Shown one piece after another: positions 32,301-45,800 of a DNA stretch of 64,000 bases. Position numbers and translations under genes: made by a program. Source of the stretch: Eledone cirrhosa (taxonomy: Eukaryota). The stretch's first letter is position 1, and each line of letters opens with the position of its first letter. The stretch is taken from assembly GCA_964016885.1 (NCBI GenBank), contig OZ024755.1, positions 23,312,001 through 23,376,000 of the forward strand. The letters are read 5' to 3'. The notes under the pieces are model-generated. The model ran no database searches. It had not been told where the DNA came from and saw only the letters and a list, made by a program, of their open reading frames with translations.

Positions 32301-35300
32301 ACATTTCCATGCTGGCATAGTAGGGCTACACCTCTGTCATCACCAAAACCAAACAGAGAGTGGTGGAGGTCAACCTGGAAGGGGATCCTCCAACAGGCGT
32401 GAGAAGGGCTTGGATTGGATATCTATGCCTATTCTAATCACAAGTATATTTACATCTAAAATGACAAAACTGTCTCCTAGTTTTCCTTTTCTTGATGAGC
32501 CCTGCACATTCGAGGTTGATATCTGGCCACAGAACAACAACAATCTTGACAGTTTGATTTAGAATAAATAGTTATAATGTTTAATTGTGTGTCCTGTTTA
32601 TTTGTTCCAGACTCTGTCTCCTTCTTAAATTAATTAACAAATTTCCTGTTGATGAATTTTCATCAAGAATCAAAGGAAAGCAAAAAGAAAGTATTTTATC
32701 AAAATTTTCCAATGGTTCCATTAGATTGTAAGTATAGTCACATTTTTTCTTTGAAATGTTCTTATATCTTGTCTAAGTGAAACTACTATTAATATTAGGT
32801 GAGATATTTGTCACAATTTTGGTACTGGTGTTTGTTGCAGAAGTAACGGCATTGGTAGCAATAGATACTTGTATTTGTATCTGTATCAGTGTTCACCTAA
32901 GATGGGTTGAATCTGCTCCATCCAGTGATTCCATACTATTGCAAATAAGTCACCCACCCATGCATGGTGAACACAGACATCTGATGTGGGTATTTGTCAA
33001 CTAGTCACATTTCCAGTGAAGTCACTCATCCATATATGGCTATCACAGACTTCTGGCGAGAGTATTATTTGTCCACTAGTCACAATTCCAATGGTGGACA
33101 CAAGATATATATAAAGACCAGCATTGATATATTAGTTCAAGATTCAACTTGAGCCAATCCATGTTTTTAGCTGTCTGCTTTGCTATTTATGCCATTTTAT
33201 TTTTCTGTAGGTTGGTGTGTACAGATGCAATGGCCAGAGGAATTGACTTGCTTAATATAGACCTTGTTGTCTCCTATGATTACCCAAAGTATGTGGAGAC
33301 ATACATTCATCGTGTTGGCCGCACTGCACGAGCTGGCCGTGAAGGTACCTCTGTCAGTTTGGTGGCTAATGGACAGGTAATTGATCTTCTTAGTTCAATA
33401 TATTTTTATAAAATGAATTGTGTGCAGGAAAGGAAGCAGTTTTTTTTAATACGAAATAGGAGAACTGTTATAAAAGGGAGTGAATGTATTGTTGTATATT
33501 GTTATTAGTTGTGTTGTTGGTTGTTTTGACTTTGATGCAAGGCATATATATTATTTGTTTTAATGGAACTATATAAAATATTACTTATGTAAAAGTCAAC
33601 ATTTCTACACCAGATTAGGTTAAATGTTCTGCCTTCCATCATTCGTAATGGAAGGCAGGAGGCTGAATTAAATACAAGATTTGCTATTTTCAGTTCGGTG
33701 TTTATGCCTACTCTTACCTATGGTCATGAATCTTGGGTAGTGACCTAAAGAATATGATTGGGGATACAAACAACTGAAATGGGTAAGTAGCTCAGAGATC
33801 AGAGAGTCACTTCAGGTAGAGCTACTACTATTCTGTATTACAAGATCAAAGCTTTGGTATTATGGTCATGTGGTTAGAATGTCTAAGGAAAGAATCACTG
33901 GACAGATTTTAACAGCAAAGTCAACAGGTAGGGGACCCAGCAGTAGACCATGAGCAAACCAACTGGTAGGAAATCCAGAGGTAGACTATGAGCAAGATAG
34001 TTGGATAACATCCATAAGGTTAGTTAGTCTCACTTTGGAATCCATTTGGATCCAGTTGCTTCAGATAGAACCCTCTGGAAGGTGTGTCTGAGGACTCTGC
34101 CCCCATTGGCTTAGCCAGTAAAATCTGTCCAGTGATTCTTTCCTTATACCTTCTAATCATAGTAGTGGAGCTTTGATCTCTCAATGCAGAGAAGTAACTG
34201 CTCTATCTGGAGCAACTCCCTGATCTCTGAGCTGTGCACTCTATCAAGTAATGTTACACCAAAGATCCTTTGGAGGAGCCCCATTACAGCCACTAGTATT
34301 CGTGATCAGATTCTGTCAGTCATTACCCAAGATTTATGACAATAGGAAAGGGTAGACACAAACAGCAAATCGAAAATAGCAAGTTTAGCTTTTACACCTA
34401 CCTCTCTTCTGATGAACGAATGTTGAAGCTGGTGCATTATTGCACCATCTTCAGCAATTTTTTTTTTTATTTAATTCAGCAGCACCAATTTTATAATATG
34501 TTTTCCTTTATTTTCTGAAAATGTATTCAAGGTTGTTCACTTGAAAGCAATGCGTAAACAGTGCCAAACCCAAAATAAAATTTTTCAAATAAAACTCACA
34601 AATCAAATTAGAAAAAAGTACTTCCCCCTTCTACACAGCGCTGTTGAAGCTCTGCCTGCATCATTAAAGGTAATTATGGAATTGTCAATATTTGTTATCA
34701 TTCTGATTGTACATTAATTTGATATGGGGTCCATTACCAAAGGTTGATACCCTATTTAACCCTTTTTTTTTCCATATTTCTAATGAAAAGCTCTGCCTAT
34801 GGTTTTCAAATAATTTTGAAAGTTATCAAGAATTTTTAGGGAATTTGATTAAATAATTAACTATTTTATTATTAAAGAAAGTGACTGAAGCATTAAAAAA
34901 ATCTCCTACATAAAATTATAGAGGAAGGTTTTTAGATGAGTATAAACATTTTAAAACAACCAGTTTTCTATCATAGGATTGGGGGCAGTTTTGTATCAAG
35001 AATGTTAACTCTTTCATGACATCAAACTACCTATTTGAATTTTCAAAATAATCAAGAATTTGTTGGTGTTTTGAATGTATGTTATTTACACCCCACTATT
35101 TTATGTCTGAGAAATGGGCAAAAATCCAAACCTTAGAATTTCAGTCTCTCATAGTAACATTTCCAGGCCTCTTTCTTTTCTCCAACAATATCACAATTCA
35201 CACTGACACACTGCCTTGCAATGCAGAACACTTCGTATCTCTGATCCTCACGTTTCAGGATGTTGGCAAATTTTCTTTCTTAGCCACCTGGTACTGTTCT

Positions 35301-35874
35301 CTGCTACCTCCATTTTTCCAGTCTTTCCATGCCTGACTTCTGGCTTTGATGGCTCCATCTGCTGGGCTGTTCCACTACCAGGTTCCCCTCTGACTGGCTG
35401 GTGCTCTACTCCAACCACAAGTCACGTCAGTAGTTTGCAAAAGGTTGTCATGTATGAATTTCCAGTTGACCTTTCATCATAGCTCATCACTTCTCTCATC
35501 AAATGCATCCCGTAAGGCGTTTCTAAACTTATATTTAATTGAGAAGTCCTTTAGCTTACTAACCTTCCATCTATCGGAGTTGTGATCTCCCAATTCAGAG
35601 AAGTTGCAGGTCTACCTGGAACGACTCTCTGTCGAGTAATGTAACTCCAAAGACCCATTGGAGGAACCCTATTTTGGCCACTTACATACTTGATCGTATT
35701 CTTTTGGTCATTAACCAAGTTTCATGACCATAGGTAAGGGTTGACACAAATACTGAATTATATCTCTACAGCTCATATATTTATTTATTTTATTAATTTA
35801 CTTATTTTACTTTGCAGGTTGAAAACAAGAAATACCGATCGAATAAGAAAATTTTGCAGAGTACCAAAGCTTAA
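17370..35874 (+). CDS. DDX51: ATP-dependent DEAD-box RNA helicase DDX51 (Dbp6 orthologue), 17 coding exons
   Basis: GT-AG exons joined in frame: 17370-17392, 18988-19106, 20220-20716, 21654-21804, 23518-23663, 24242-24358, 24877-24938, 26490-26598, 28573-28712, 29100-29121, 29816-29969, 30617-30690, 31729-31844, 32611-32727, 33211-33376, 34532-34669, 35818-35874 (TAA). The protein starts [10 protein letters not shown] and contains the Q motif [74 protein letters not shown] and [12 protein letters not shown]. These include DDX51-family signatures. AATAAA overlaps the stop. Confidence 0.92.
18028..18478. mobile_element. Foldback non-autonomous DNA transposon (Merlin-like MITE) in DDX51 intron 1
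   Basis: Near-perfect terminal inverted repeats of ~170-190 bp (GGCTCTACC.../...GGTAGTGCC) with an exact 8-bp target-site duplication CAGAATAG (18020-18027 and 18479-18486). GG termini plus an 8-bp TSD fit Merlin; the superfamily call is inference. Confidence 0.8.
22225..22700 (+). mobile_element. 3' fragment of the Rex3-like RTE LINE in a DDX51 intron
   Basis: Degenerate [26 protein letters not shown]...KPTDRRP...RWLDNI; same family as 2150-3640. Confidence 0.7.
26639..26828. mobile_element. Tc1/mariner (pogo/Tigger-like) MITE
   Basis: TIRs CCCTATATACTCGAATATAAGC and GCTTATATTTGAGTATATACTG, flanked by TA. Confidence 0.65.
26950..27335 (+). mobile_element. SINE-like repeat with ~40-45-bp internal tandem units and an RTE-type 3' tail
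   Basis: Repeated GGTGTCRCAACAAAAAGCACCCAGTCCAYRCTGTAG units, then GGAAGGGCATCCAGCCGTAGAAACC...CCCATGCTAGCATGGAA...GATGAT. The same family recurs at ~25290, 43940, 45310, 54860, 57430, 58670 and 60550. Confidence 0.65.
27920..28445 (+). mobile_element. 3' fragment of the Rex3-like RTE LINE
   Basis: [15 protein letters not shown]...[49 protein letters not shown], followed by a GAAGATGATGG tail. Confidence 0.8.
28745..29005. repeat. Degenerate (ACT/ACC)n trinucleotide microsatellite
   Basis: Visible CTACTATTACCACCACTACT-type repeats. Confidence 0.75.
30104..30588. mobile_element. piggyBac-like MITE containing a nested second piggyBac-like MITE (30170-30388)
   Basis: Outer element TTAA-CCCTTTTGAT...GAAAGGG-TTAA; inner element TTAA-CCCTTTAGCATTTA...AAATGCTAAAAGG-TTAA. 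An uninterrupted relative of the outer element lies at ~56790-57000, and free copies of the inner family lie at ~51125 and 61580-62040. Confidence 0.7.
33640..34460. mobile_element. Two oppositely oriented Rex3-like RTE 3' fragments (+ ~33640-34110, - ~34115-34460) in DDX51 intron 15
   Basis: The + copy reads [22 protein letters not shown]. The - copy is the reverse complement of the same region (TCATTACCCAAGATTTATGAC...). Confidence 0.7.
35330..35760 (-). mobile_element. Rex3-like RTE fragment in DDX51 intron 16
   Basis: 35570-35760 closely resembles 2153-2345, the minus-strand RT C-terminal region. Confidence 0.65.
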
Positions 35875-35974
35875 ATAAATTAAATAATACTGAGTCATTG
35901 TATTCAGAATTTTCTTTCTAATACATGCACACACACACACACTCTCATAAGCATTATCATCATTATCGTCATTT

Positions 35975-36205
35975 TTATGTCACTTTTTTCCACACTTGCA
36001 TGGGTTGGACAGGTCCTTTTCAGCTCGGGTTCTCTCCACTTGCCAGATTCCTTCATCATCACCTCCCTTTTGTCTCAGCAATTTGAGATCAGCTTCCACC
36101 ACGTCTGCCCAGGTCTTCCTTGGTCTACCTCTACTGCGGTTTCCTTCCACTGGGATTTCCTGGCACTTCTTCCCAAAGCGATCATCATCTGTATGCATCA
36201 CATGT
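35975..36205 (-). mobile_element. 3' end of an RTE-clade LINE downstream of DDX51
   Basis: Minus [41 protein letters not shown], then a CCATGCAAGTGTGGAAAAAAGTGACATAAAAATGACGATAATGATG tail. Confidence 0.75.
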
Positions 36206-38553
36206 CCTTACTAACATGCACACACCTTCAGTTCATAGTTTTTATTTTATCATTATCATCATTTTTACATTTGCTTTACACACTGGCATGGATTCTGTGG
36301 TTGGATGCCCTTCCTAATGCCAACCATCTTACAGAGTTTTTTCATGGCGCCATTTACAGAGTGGACTGGATACATTTTATTATGGCACCAGCACTAGAGA
36401 GGTTATCACTTCATCCAGATTGAAGAGTCCTCTCAGAGCCTGTATTGTCTATGTTCAGTCACCAAAAACTACAGCCTTTATTAGTCCTTCACAATGTTTA
36501 CTTTTAGTGTTGCATGTTTGAGCAGTAGTATTTAAGTATTTACAGTATGATATTCTTTCTACTATTAACCAATCAGCTGTTTAACTGTATATTTTGTTTT
36601 ACTTCTGTTGGTATTCCCCCAGCATGGTTTGAGCCAGCTCCAACCAATAACATTCACAGCATTGAAAACGGTGATAGCAGATATTGTCAGCCAGTCACTA
36701 TTCCAGTGGCAGACATCATATATGCAAGGACTAGACATTAGCTCAAGATCTAGCTTGATCAAATCAACCCACAACTGTTTACCTTGCTATTTACACCATT
36801 TACAAATGTTTTCAACCAAATTAAAGATCTTGTTGTTATTACTAGCATGTTGAACGACCATGTAAAGGCTCCATCAATGGTTTACATTCAGTGACCATCA
36901 TAGTTTGAACAGATTACTCCTGGTTATTGAGTTCAAATCCTGCTGACATCCACTTTGCCTTTTATCCTTTTGAGGCTGATAAAAGAAATACCAGTTTAGT
37001 ACTGGGGGTGGATTCTTCCTTAATATCTCTTTCTCCCTTCCATTCTTTCACTCTATCCTTCTCTGGAAGAAATCTGCTGTATTTAGACCTGGAGAAGTTA
37101 TGGGCTCTGCCAGGTTTTAAAATGCCCTAGAAATGCTGTATGTCAATATGATGCCCCTACGATTCCCTCAGGAGTTAGGGGACCATGCATGCATGCACAC
37201 TATACTTTCCATGTAACATTACAATGTGGTGAAACTATGAAAGTGACGATATTTCATATTCACAAATGTGTGGCACACCTTGACCTCCACATTAAAATGT
37301 CTGACCTCTGTTAAGCCCAAAGTTATGATTTACATATGACACACTCGTTTGTCCCAAATCATCTGGATCCAATAGCAAAACGTGGTTAGGACTGTTGGAG
37401 ATGAGACTAGATACAAGAGTTGCTGGAAACTAGACAGTTTGAATAGAAACTGTCTGCAGAGTTCCACTCTGATATTTCTTTCAAGATTATTTTCCTTGGC
37501 CTTCTATTCCTAGCACTCACAAAAAATTATTTGAGCCTTAGAGATCTGTTAGTGGCAATCGGGTTTTTAGCTGGATTTAAAAATTGTTCAGAATTTGTGC
37601 AGTATCCCTAGATGTTAGCATCCTTACCAATTCTTTAGTTTGGCCAGTGCATTGTGCCAACATTGCCTGTGTACTAAAAACTGCATAGAATGTAAAATGA
37701 GTCAATAAAAAAGTGAATCTGCGTTTTTATTTTAAATTATCAAATTAGCTTATAAATGGAGTGATCGGTTGCTACTGGTAAGTCACGAGTCTTTTTGCAA
37801 TTAAAATAAGGAATTTGTGGGTTCAGTTTGGATAGTATTAACAGTTAAATAAAATTCAAATATAAAAGATTGCCTCCATCAGTGTAAGGGATGCTTAAAG
37901 GCTACACACATTTCTGTAACAATTGGTCTTTTGCATAATAAAAAAACAACAAACAAATCAATAACTTATTTGAAGAAAGTATAAGTACAGTATAGGTGGC
38001 GAATAGAATATTTTGTGCTCTTTCAGTTCAAATCCCGCCTTTCATCTCATTCAAGGTTGATAAAAAAAAGTACCAGTATAGTACTGGGATTGATTCCTTA
38101 TCCTTCTCTGGAAGAATTCTGTGTCAGACCAGGAGAGGAAATGGGCTCTGCGAGGTTTATTTTATTACTATACCCTAAGTGCAGTATAGTAAAAGGTATG
38201 CTCTAAGCAAGTTAAGATCAGACCATAATTCAATTTTCGGTAGAAGCAACTTCACTTTTGAAACGCCAAATAAAACTCCGTGTGAAAGAGATGAACATCA
38301 GAGTTATAATTCATTTGGTCTCTTAAACAGAGCTTTCGTGCCTAGTAAAAAAAAAAAAGTTATTCTTTATGAAGAAGAACAAATCGAAACTGTTAGCTTC
38401 TTTATTGTCGTTGTGCTCTATCAATAGATATTTAAAGACTAGAGTTGATCTGTCGTGCAATTCAACACCATTACATGGCCCGTGGAGTATTGTTTCATAC
38501 ATAGAATTGGAATTGTGACCCACAGTGATGAAATATCCTCAATCGGTTTAGAC

Positions 38554-39118
38554 CAGTGATTCCCAACGTGGACCTCACACACCACAGGAGGGCAATTTGA
38601 AAATGATAATGAGAGCAAACTTCAGATTTTGCCCTATTACTTTTACACCAAGGCAAATTTGGAATAAATTACGGTGGGAAACTCCTGTCTCACCTCCTCC
38701 ACATGTTATTGTGCATCTGGCATCACCCATATGCCAATTTGTTTACACTTTGTAGTTGATCTTCGCTGTTTTTATATCAAAGTGGGGCCAAAATATGTTT
38801 GAGATGTTGAGGTGGGCCTCATTTGCCTTAAAAATGTAAGGGGGGCAAAACAAACTTGTTGATTCTTAAAGGAACAAATTGCTTATGGTGCCTTTCCCGG
38901 ACCCTATCACATAAGTAAAATTTTATATATTCAAATGAAGTTCAGATAAAATAAATAAGCTTAAAAAGAATTTATTATATTAAATAAACAAAAAATAAAA
39001 CATAGACGTTTGAAAAAGTGTGTGGGGGGGGGGGGGGGGGGGGGCTTGTCCCTTGGTACCTCCCTGAAACAAGGCCCTTGGAGGTGGGGCATGGGGCACA
39101 AAAGCTTGGGAACCACTG
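38554..39118. mobile_element. hAT (Charlie-like) MITE
   Basis: TIRs CAGTGATTCCCAA and TTGGGAACCACTG, with an exact 8-bp TSD GTTTAGAC (38546-38553 and 39119-39126). Confidence 0.85.
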
Positions 39119-39559
39119 GTTTAGACCATGAGCATTTATTTGATCAACTGAACATGCGACTCGTAAATTAATGTGCAAGTGGCTGAGCATTCTATAGACA
39201 CGAGTAAGTGACTTTAATATAATTCAGTGTGTGAGGAGACTGGACTAAGTATACTCCATCCAATGGTATTGCAGAATACACTTCCCCAAGATACCACGCA
39301 GTGGCATCGAACTCGAGAGCTCATGATTGCGACACGAACTTAAGTCATGTTTGCGTTTAGACTAAGTTTGAATTGAACATACAGTAGCATAGAAACAGTG
39401 AAATGTAAAACTTTCAATGTCAGGCGAGTTCCAAAACAAGGGAGATAAGTCTCAGCTTACTGTTGTATTTTTCTACCGTGATTATCCTGTTCTCATCGAA
39501 GCAGAGTTGTGACCTTGGCACACCATCCCGACTGACTTAAACTTTCTCCCCACAGGATA

Positions 39560-42500
39560 ATGTTGTTAGCTCATCTTCGGTTTGGTATGGGCCGGTCCCT
39601 TGGTCAGTTTGCCCGTACCATAAGAAACGAGCCTAGCTTGACCATTTCGGCGAGGAGGCTTTTCCATCGAGGCAGGTCACTTCAAGGTAGGTTAATCATT
39701 TGGCTCTCTCGCTGTTACTCTTTGTTAGATTAGATTGTCTGTAAAATGAAAAAGTTATTGTTATTTTTCACTAAATCTGTGTATTTTTCGTAATTGCTGA
39801 AACAATATTAACGAAATTAATATTAAATCTCCATAGGCAATAATAAAATCGTGATCTTTCGTAATTGGTGATAGGAAATTGTTCCTTTTTTTCGCATGAC
39901 ATCTGTCTATCAATTGTACATCCACCTGTCTCTCTATCTTTCCGATTATCTATCTGTTTACTTCTAGTTTGTATTAATTCTTGGGAAATACTCTATACAT
40001 ACAAACGAAATTGATGGACCAAATTTGTTTTCATCGTATGAATAAATGTCAAATATGTCTGAATGACAGAATTCCGTTGACAAAATAAGAGGTCACGCTT
40101 GTTTCACCTTCTCTGTATGTTGTGAATGAAGATAAAATCGTATATGTTGTTTAATCCTTTATTTATTTTTTTTCTTTTCGTTTGAATTTCAAAAACTCTA
40201 CCTACAAATATAAATGCACACACACACACAACCGTAAATGCAAGGTTATATAAACACACAGAGTAGAAGTCTGTAAAACCTGAAAGGCTTTTACAGTCGA
40301 ATAGCCCATCTTATTCAAAACTCTTTAACAGTATTTACCATTCTCAAATATAAATGCATACACACACACACACACACACACCACACACACCGTAAATGCA
40401 AGGTTATATAAACACAAGGAGTGGCAATCTGTAAAATCTGAAAGGCTTCTACTGTAGTAACCCATCTTATTCGAAACTCTTTAACAGTATTTACCATTCT
40501 CATTTTAGATTCTATTTCAAATTAATTGAGAATTAGAGTAAAAAGATTAGATGAAGAGTGGAGGAAGGAGAATTAAAGACGATGTCTCAGGAACCGCTAC
40601 TTTAGTTCATGATTTATAAAACCTGTTAATTTGGGACAAATAAAATGTATTGGAGAACTACTAAGTGAATATTTGAAAAATCATGTGAGGTGGTCGTAAC
40701 GTCTTAAATTTTTCGAAAAAATTTATACTTGTAGAATAACGTCGGCAAAAAGCTTCTGAGTTTAATAAAAGTGTCGTGTTATTTTATTAAACTATGTGGA
40801 TGGTGTTATCGTTGGATATAATTTCTTTGGTAAAATAACATTTAAATTTCAGTTCAACAACGTATTAATATTTAATCTAACGCACAAGATCACATAATGG
40901 TTTCTAATTTAGGCACACGGCCAGAAATTTATTGATTTGGGAAAGTCGATTACATCAACTCCAGTACTTGACTGGTTTTCTCTTTAACGACTCCATAAGG
41001 GTGAGTTGGAAAGTTGACCTCAGTGGGATTTTCAACATAAAGAGCCGGAAAAAATACCGCAAGTCTGACGTTCAACCGCTTCTGCTAATCCACCGACCAC
41101 ACATAAACACTTAATGACATTAAAGAGGTTTAGGGCGACTGTACCAACCTTTTTTTTGTCTCTGTTCTTACTGGATCTACTGTCTGGTGTCAGTATGTGC
41201 CAGAGGCGGTATATAATGATACGCTCTTCAGTTGTTGGTGGAGGTTTTCCAAATAGCAACATAATTAATTCATAAACTATTTTTAAATTATGCTTTTTCT
41301 CACTTACTATGTTGGGCTGTGGCTGATCCAGTATTTAAGGTTAGTTGTGAGACAGGCAGGTTATATTTATAAATGGGAGGACCCTTTAGTCGTGTTAAGG
41401 ACATGACAGCCTCCACTAGTGTTTGTGATCTACATGATAAATGCACCCAGTACACGCTGTAAAGTGATTGGTGAAAGCCTGCTAAACAAAGGGTTGGGAG
41501 GACCCTTCAGTTGTGTCAAAGATATTGACAACCTCTCCTATGCACTCAATAGAATGTGAGACTGTACATAAGTGAGTTGATTACCCTCTGACTTATCTGG
41601 GAGGTTAATAACCCTTCTTCAGTACTGACTTGGTTTATGTAGACCCATTCAACCCTTGCTAGCAGATGTTAAATTATAATGGTGATGACAAATACATAAC
41701 TGAATAACTTTAATGGTCATAGGTTAAGGAGCTCTTCCACTTATTTATCGGTAATTCATCTTGTCATCTTGATCACATGATTGTCTTTGTCATCATCATA
41801 ATTATTTTACATCTAATTTTCATGCTAGCATTGGTTAGACAGGTCATCACATTCTGAGACTAGATCAGCCACATAACCACATTTAATTCATGTTTCATTT
41901 TTGGCATGGTTTCTGCATCTGGATGCCCTTCCTATCGGCAACCATTTTACTGCATGTCCTACTATATTTTATCATGATACCAGCACTACGTCCTTACAGT
42001 GTTGACTGGGGGATTTTCTGTTTTCATGACACTAGTACTGACAGGGTAAACTGGATGCTTTTTTTTTCATGGAGTTTATACTGATAACTTTGTATTATTG
42101 GCAATCGGTAGAGGGTCGGATGCCATGCTTTGACGCATAGAGTTACGGCCCTTGCCATTCTGAGTTCAAATCCCGCCGAGGTTAACTTTACCTTTCATCC
42201 TTACGGAGTCGATAAGATAAAAATAAAGTACCAGTAATGTACTGGGTAATTGCTGGCCTTTTGCCAAAAGTAGAAACAATTATTCTATAATACTGTTTTC
42301 ATCAACATCATCACCATTTAACATTTTTCGTACTTGCATAAGTTAGATAGCTGTCACATCTGCAAGCTTGTAAAATAGACGTTAAATGATGATGATGATC
42401 TTACTGATATACAAAAATACATATATATATGTTTGTGCATGTGAAGGCTCATGGCTTAGTAGTTTGAGCATTGGGGTTACAATCCTATGGTTATGAATTT

Positions 42501-42836
42501 GATTCCTGGATTGGGCAATGCATTGTGACCTTGAGCATGACACTTTATTTCACATTGCTCCAGTTCACTCAGCTGTAGAAATGAGTTGCGATGTCACTGG
42601 TGCCAAGTTGTATCAGCCATTGCCCTTCCCTTGGACAACATCGTTTGCATGGACAGGTGTGCCCTTCTCTTGGACAACATCGTTTGCATGAACAGTGAGA
42701 CTGGTATGCATAGGCGACTGATGGTCTTCCACAAACAACCTTGCTTTGATTTGTGCTTCGGAGGGAAAATTTTTAAGTGCAGATCTCATGGTCATTTGTA
42801 ACCAAAGGTTTTTTACTCTTTATATATATAAATGAT

Positions 42837-42871
<35 letters not shown>

Positions 42872-45800
42872 CATCAAGGGCGGTGGATTGGCAGTATCGG
42901 TAGAGAGTCGGACGCCATGCTTTGCAACAAAGAGTTACGGCCCTTTATGGTCTGAGTTCAAATCCCGCCGAGGTTAACTTTGCTTTTCATCCTTACGGGG
43001 TCGATAAAATAAAAGTACCAGTAATACACTGGGGTAATTGCTGGCCTTGTGCCAAAAGTAGAAACAGATATATATATATATATATATATATATGATGATA
43101 TCTATTATTTGTATATATGTATATGTATGTCTATACATGTATGTAAATATGTATTTGTGTATATATATATATATATAACTCTGAAATGTAATGAATACAC
43201 ACATATGTACAGTTGCGCGCACTTATTTATCCAACTAACTGACTTGAAAATCTATCTTTAGATACCATAAAACTCGAAATGCCATCATTATCACCAACAA
43301 TGTCAGAAGGATCCATTGTAAAATGGTACAAGAAAGAAGGTACGTTGTTTTTCGTATTTTTTATTTGAATAAAAAGAATAATTCTGCAATCCATATTTTG
43401 TTTCCAGAATGCTGCTATCTCCCTGGTCACTGTTTCCACCATCATAGTATCTCACTCCTTTCTTGTCCTATTCATCTTTTATTAACATCTTAATCATGCT
43501 ACTGTGAATGAGTAGTGACAATATAGATTAGAGAAGACTCTTTAGACTTGCTGAGGACAAGGCAACCTCTGTAATGTTTATGCCATCATAAAATGCATTC
43601 AATATACTCTGTCTGTAAAATGGTTGGTGTTAGGAAGGGCTTAGTATCATTCAAGGATATTAGATAATGTAGTTTAAAATATCCCTAAAATGATGTGATG
43701 ATTATTAGTGGATAGATCTGCTTGATCAGAATTGTCCTATGGTCATGGATAAAATGCCTTTGATTATACATCAGCTTGATCAGGACTGACATCTAACTAA
43801 ACAGCAACAATTAGACAATTGGTTTGATATTCCTGTTCTGGCAAGGTATTCCTGCTCCGTGGTTTCTATTTGCTAAAAGTAAACTAGGGTCATTTGAGAA
43901 TTATGTATCTTGACCACAAGCATAATTCAGTACTTGTAATGGTGGCCATGTTGATAATACGACAAAAAGCATTCAGTCCACCCTGTCATGGTAGTCGTGT
44001 TGGTGACACAACAAAAGGCACCCAGTTCAACCTGTCAGTTAGTCATTTTGGTGCCATGATAAAAAGCACCCAGTCTACACTGTAAATGTGGTTGGCATTT
44101 GGAAGGAGATGCAGATGTAGAAACCAAACCAGAAACAGTTCTGGATGAACAAGACATGGTCACCTAATCTGACTTGTCTCACATCAGGACAACTCATCTA
44201 ACCCATGCATGCCTAGAAACTGGACATTAAACAATGATAATAACCATGATCTCTCAATTTCCCTATTATCAATTCAACCATTGTTACTCTCAAAGATTCA
44301 ACTGATGTGGGAGATATTAGTGCTTTTGTTATGAAACTAAGGGGAATCTGATGAATCTATTTTTCTTTTTCCAGGTGAACGTATAGCTCCTGGTGACATA
44401 CTATGTGATATTCAAACAGACAAGGCTGTTGTTAGTATGGATATTGAAGAAGAGGGGATACTGGCTAAAATTTTGGTAAGTATAAAAATAAATGAAGTAT
44501 ATTTTACCTGTTTGTTCTTTGTTTTGTTTTTTAGATACCATTTTGAATAGGGTGGCAAACATTTTTTTTTTCTTTAGAATTTGATAATGTGTTCCATTTT
44601 GGATATATAATGTGTGAAATTTTGGATATTTAACGTGTGAAATTTTGGATATAATTAATTACCTCTATTCTGTTATCAGTTACCAGATGATACAAAAGAT
44701 ATCAAGGTTGGTCAGCTGATTGGCTTAATGGTTGAGGAAGGTGATGACTGGGAAAATGTCCAAGTTCCAGGTCAGGCTACTGAAACCACTTCTGCAGCAC
44801 CTAGTACCCCTACATTAGCTGCACCAACTGTATCTACTGGTGAACCATTTCGTGAGTAACAAAATGTTTTCAATGTCAAATACTTTAAACAAACCTCTGC
44901 ATATCTTATAACTTTTCATAACCAGCCTTTTATATTCCTGTCTGCTCTTCATTTCTTCCTCTATCTATTTCATCACTGACCTACTTTATCATCATCAGTT
45001 TTATTATTTTTTATCTAAACTAGATACCCTTTTTATTACCTCCAACACATGTAGATTCTTAAGCTTGCAATAGGGTATAAGCATGACATAAGTTATGAAC
45101 TAACCATTTGCAACACAAATTTCAGGAAATCAGCCAGCCAGCCAGCCACCTGATCTCATATCACTCAGGTGAACAGAAAAGCCAAAAAATTATGATGATA
45201 TATATGCCATAATACAAAATATCCATCCACAATACAAGAACTTTGACACTGAAATTAAACCTGATGAGAAGCAGTATAGGGTCTAAGATGATCATGTGAC
45301 AACATCACTTGTGCTGGTGCTACAATAAAACATCTCCAGTCTACTCTGTAAAGTGGTATTACCCTGTGCCACAATAAAACCCACCCAGTTTACCCTGTAG
45401 AGTGATGGTACGATAAAACACCCCCAGTCCACCCTATAAAGTGGTAGTACTCTGTGGCACAATAAAACCCACCCAGTTTACCCTGTAGAGTGTGGCACAA
45501 TAAAATACACCCAATCCACTCTGTAAGGCTTCATGAATCCAATTCAGGACCATCATAGAATCTAATCTAGGACCTTGTCACTCCTGTTAGAGGAACCCCT
45601 CCCTTGTTGACCTCCACTGCTTTTTGTTTGGTTTTGGTCATGTCAGGGGTGTAGCTGTACTCACCATGCTTGGCCTATTGTAGGTTGGTGAGGCGATTGA
45701 CTCTGAGGACTTCATCCTCCCTTATCCATAGAATACAACTTTTAAAAAAAGGGGCTGTTTTCCCATGCAGACTTCAGTAGGATAGTTTTTTATATACAAC

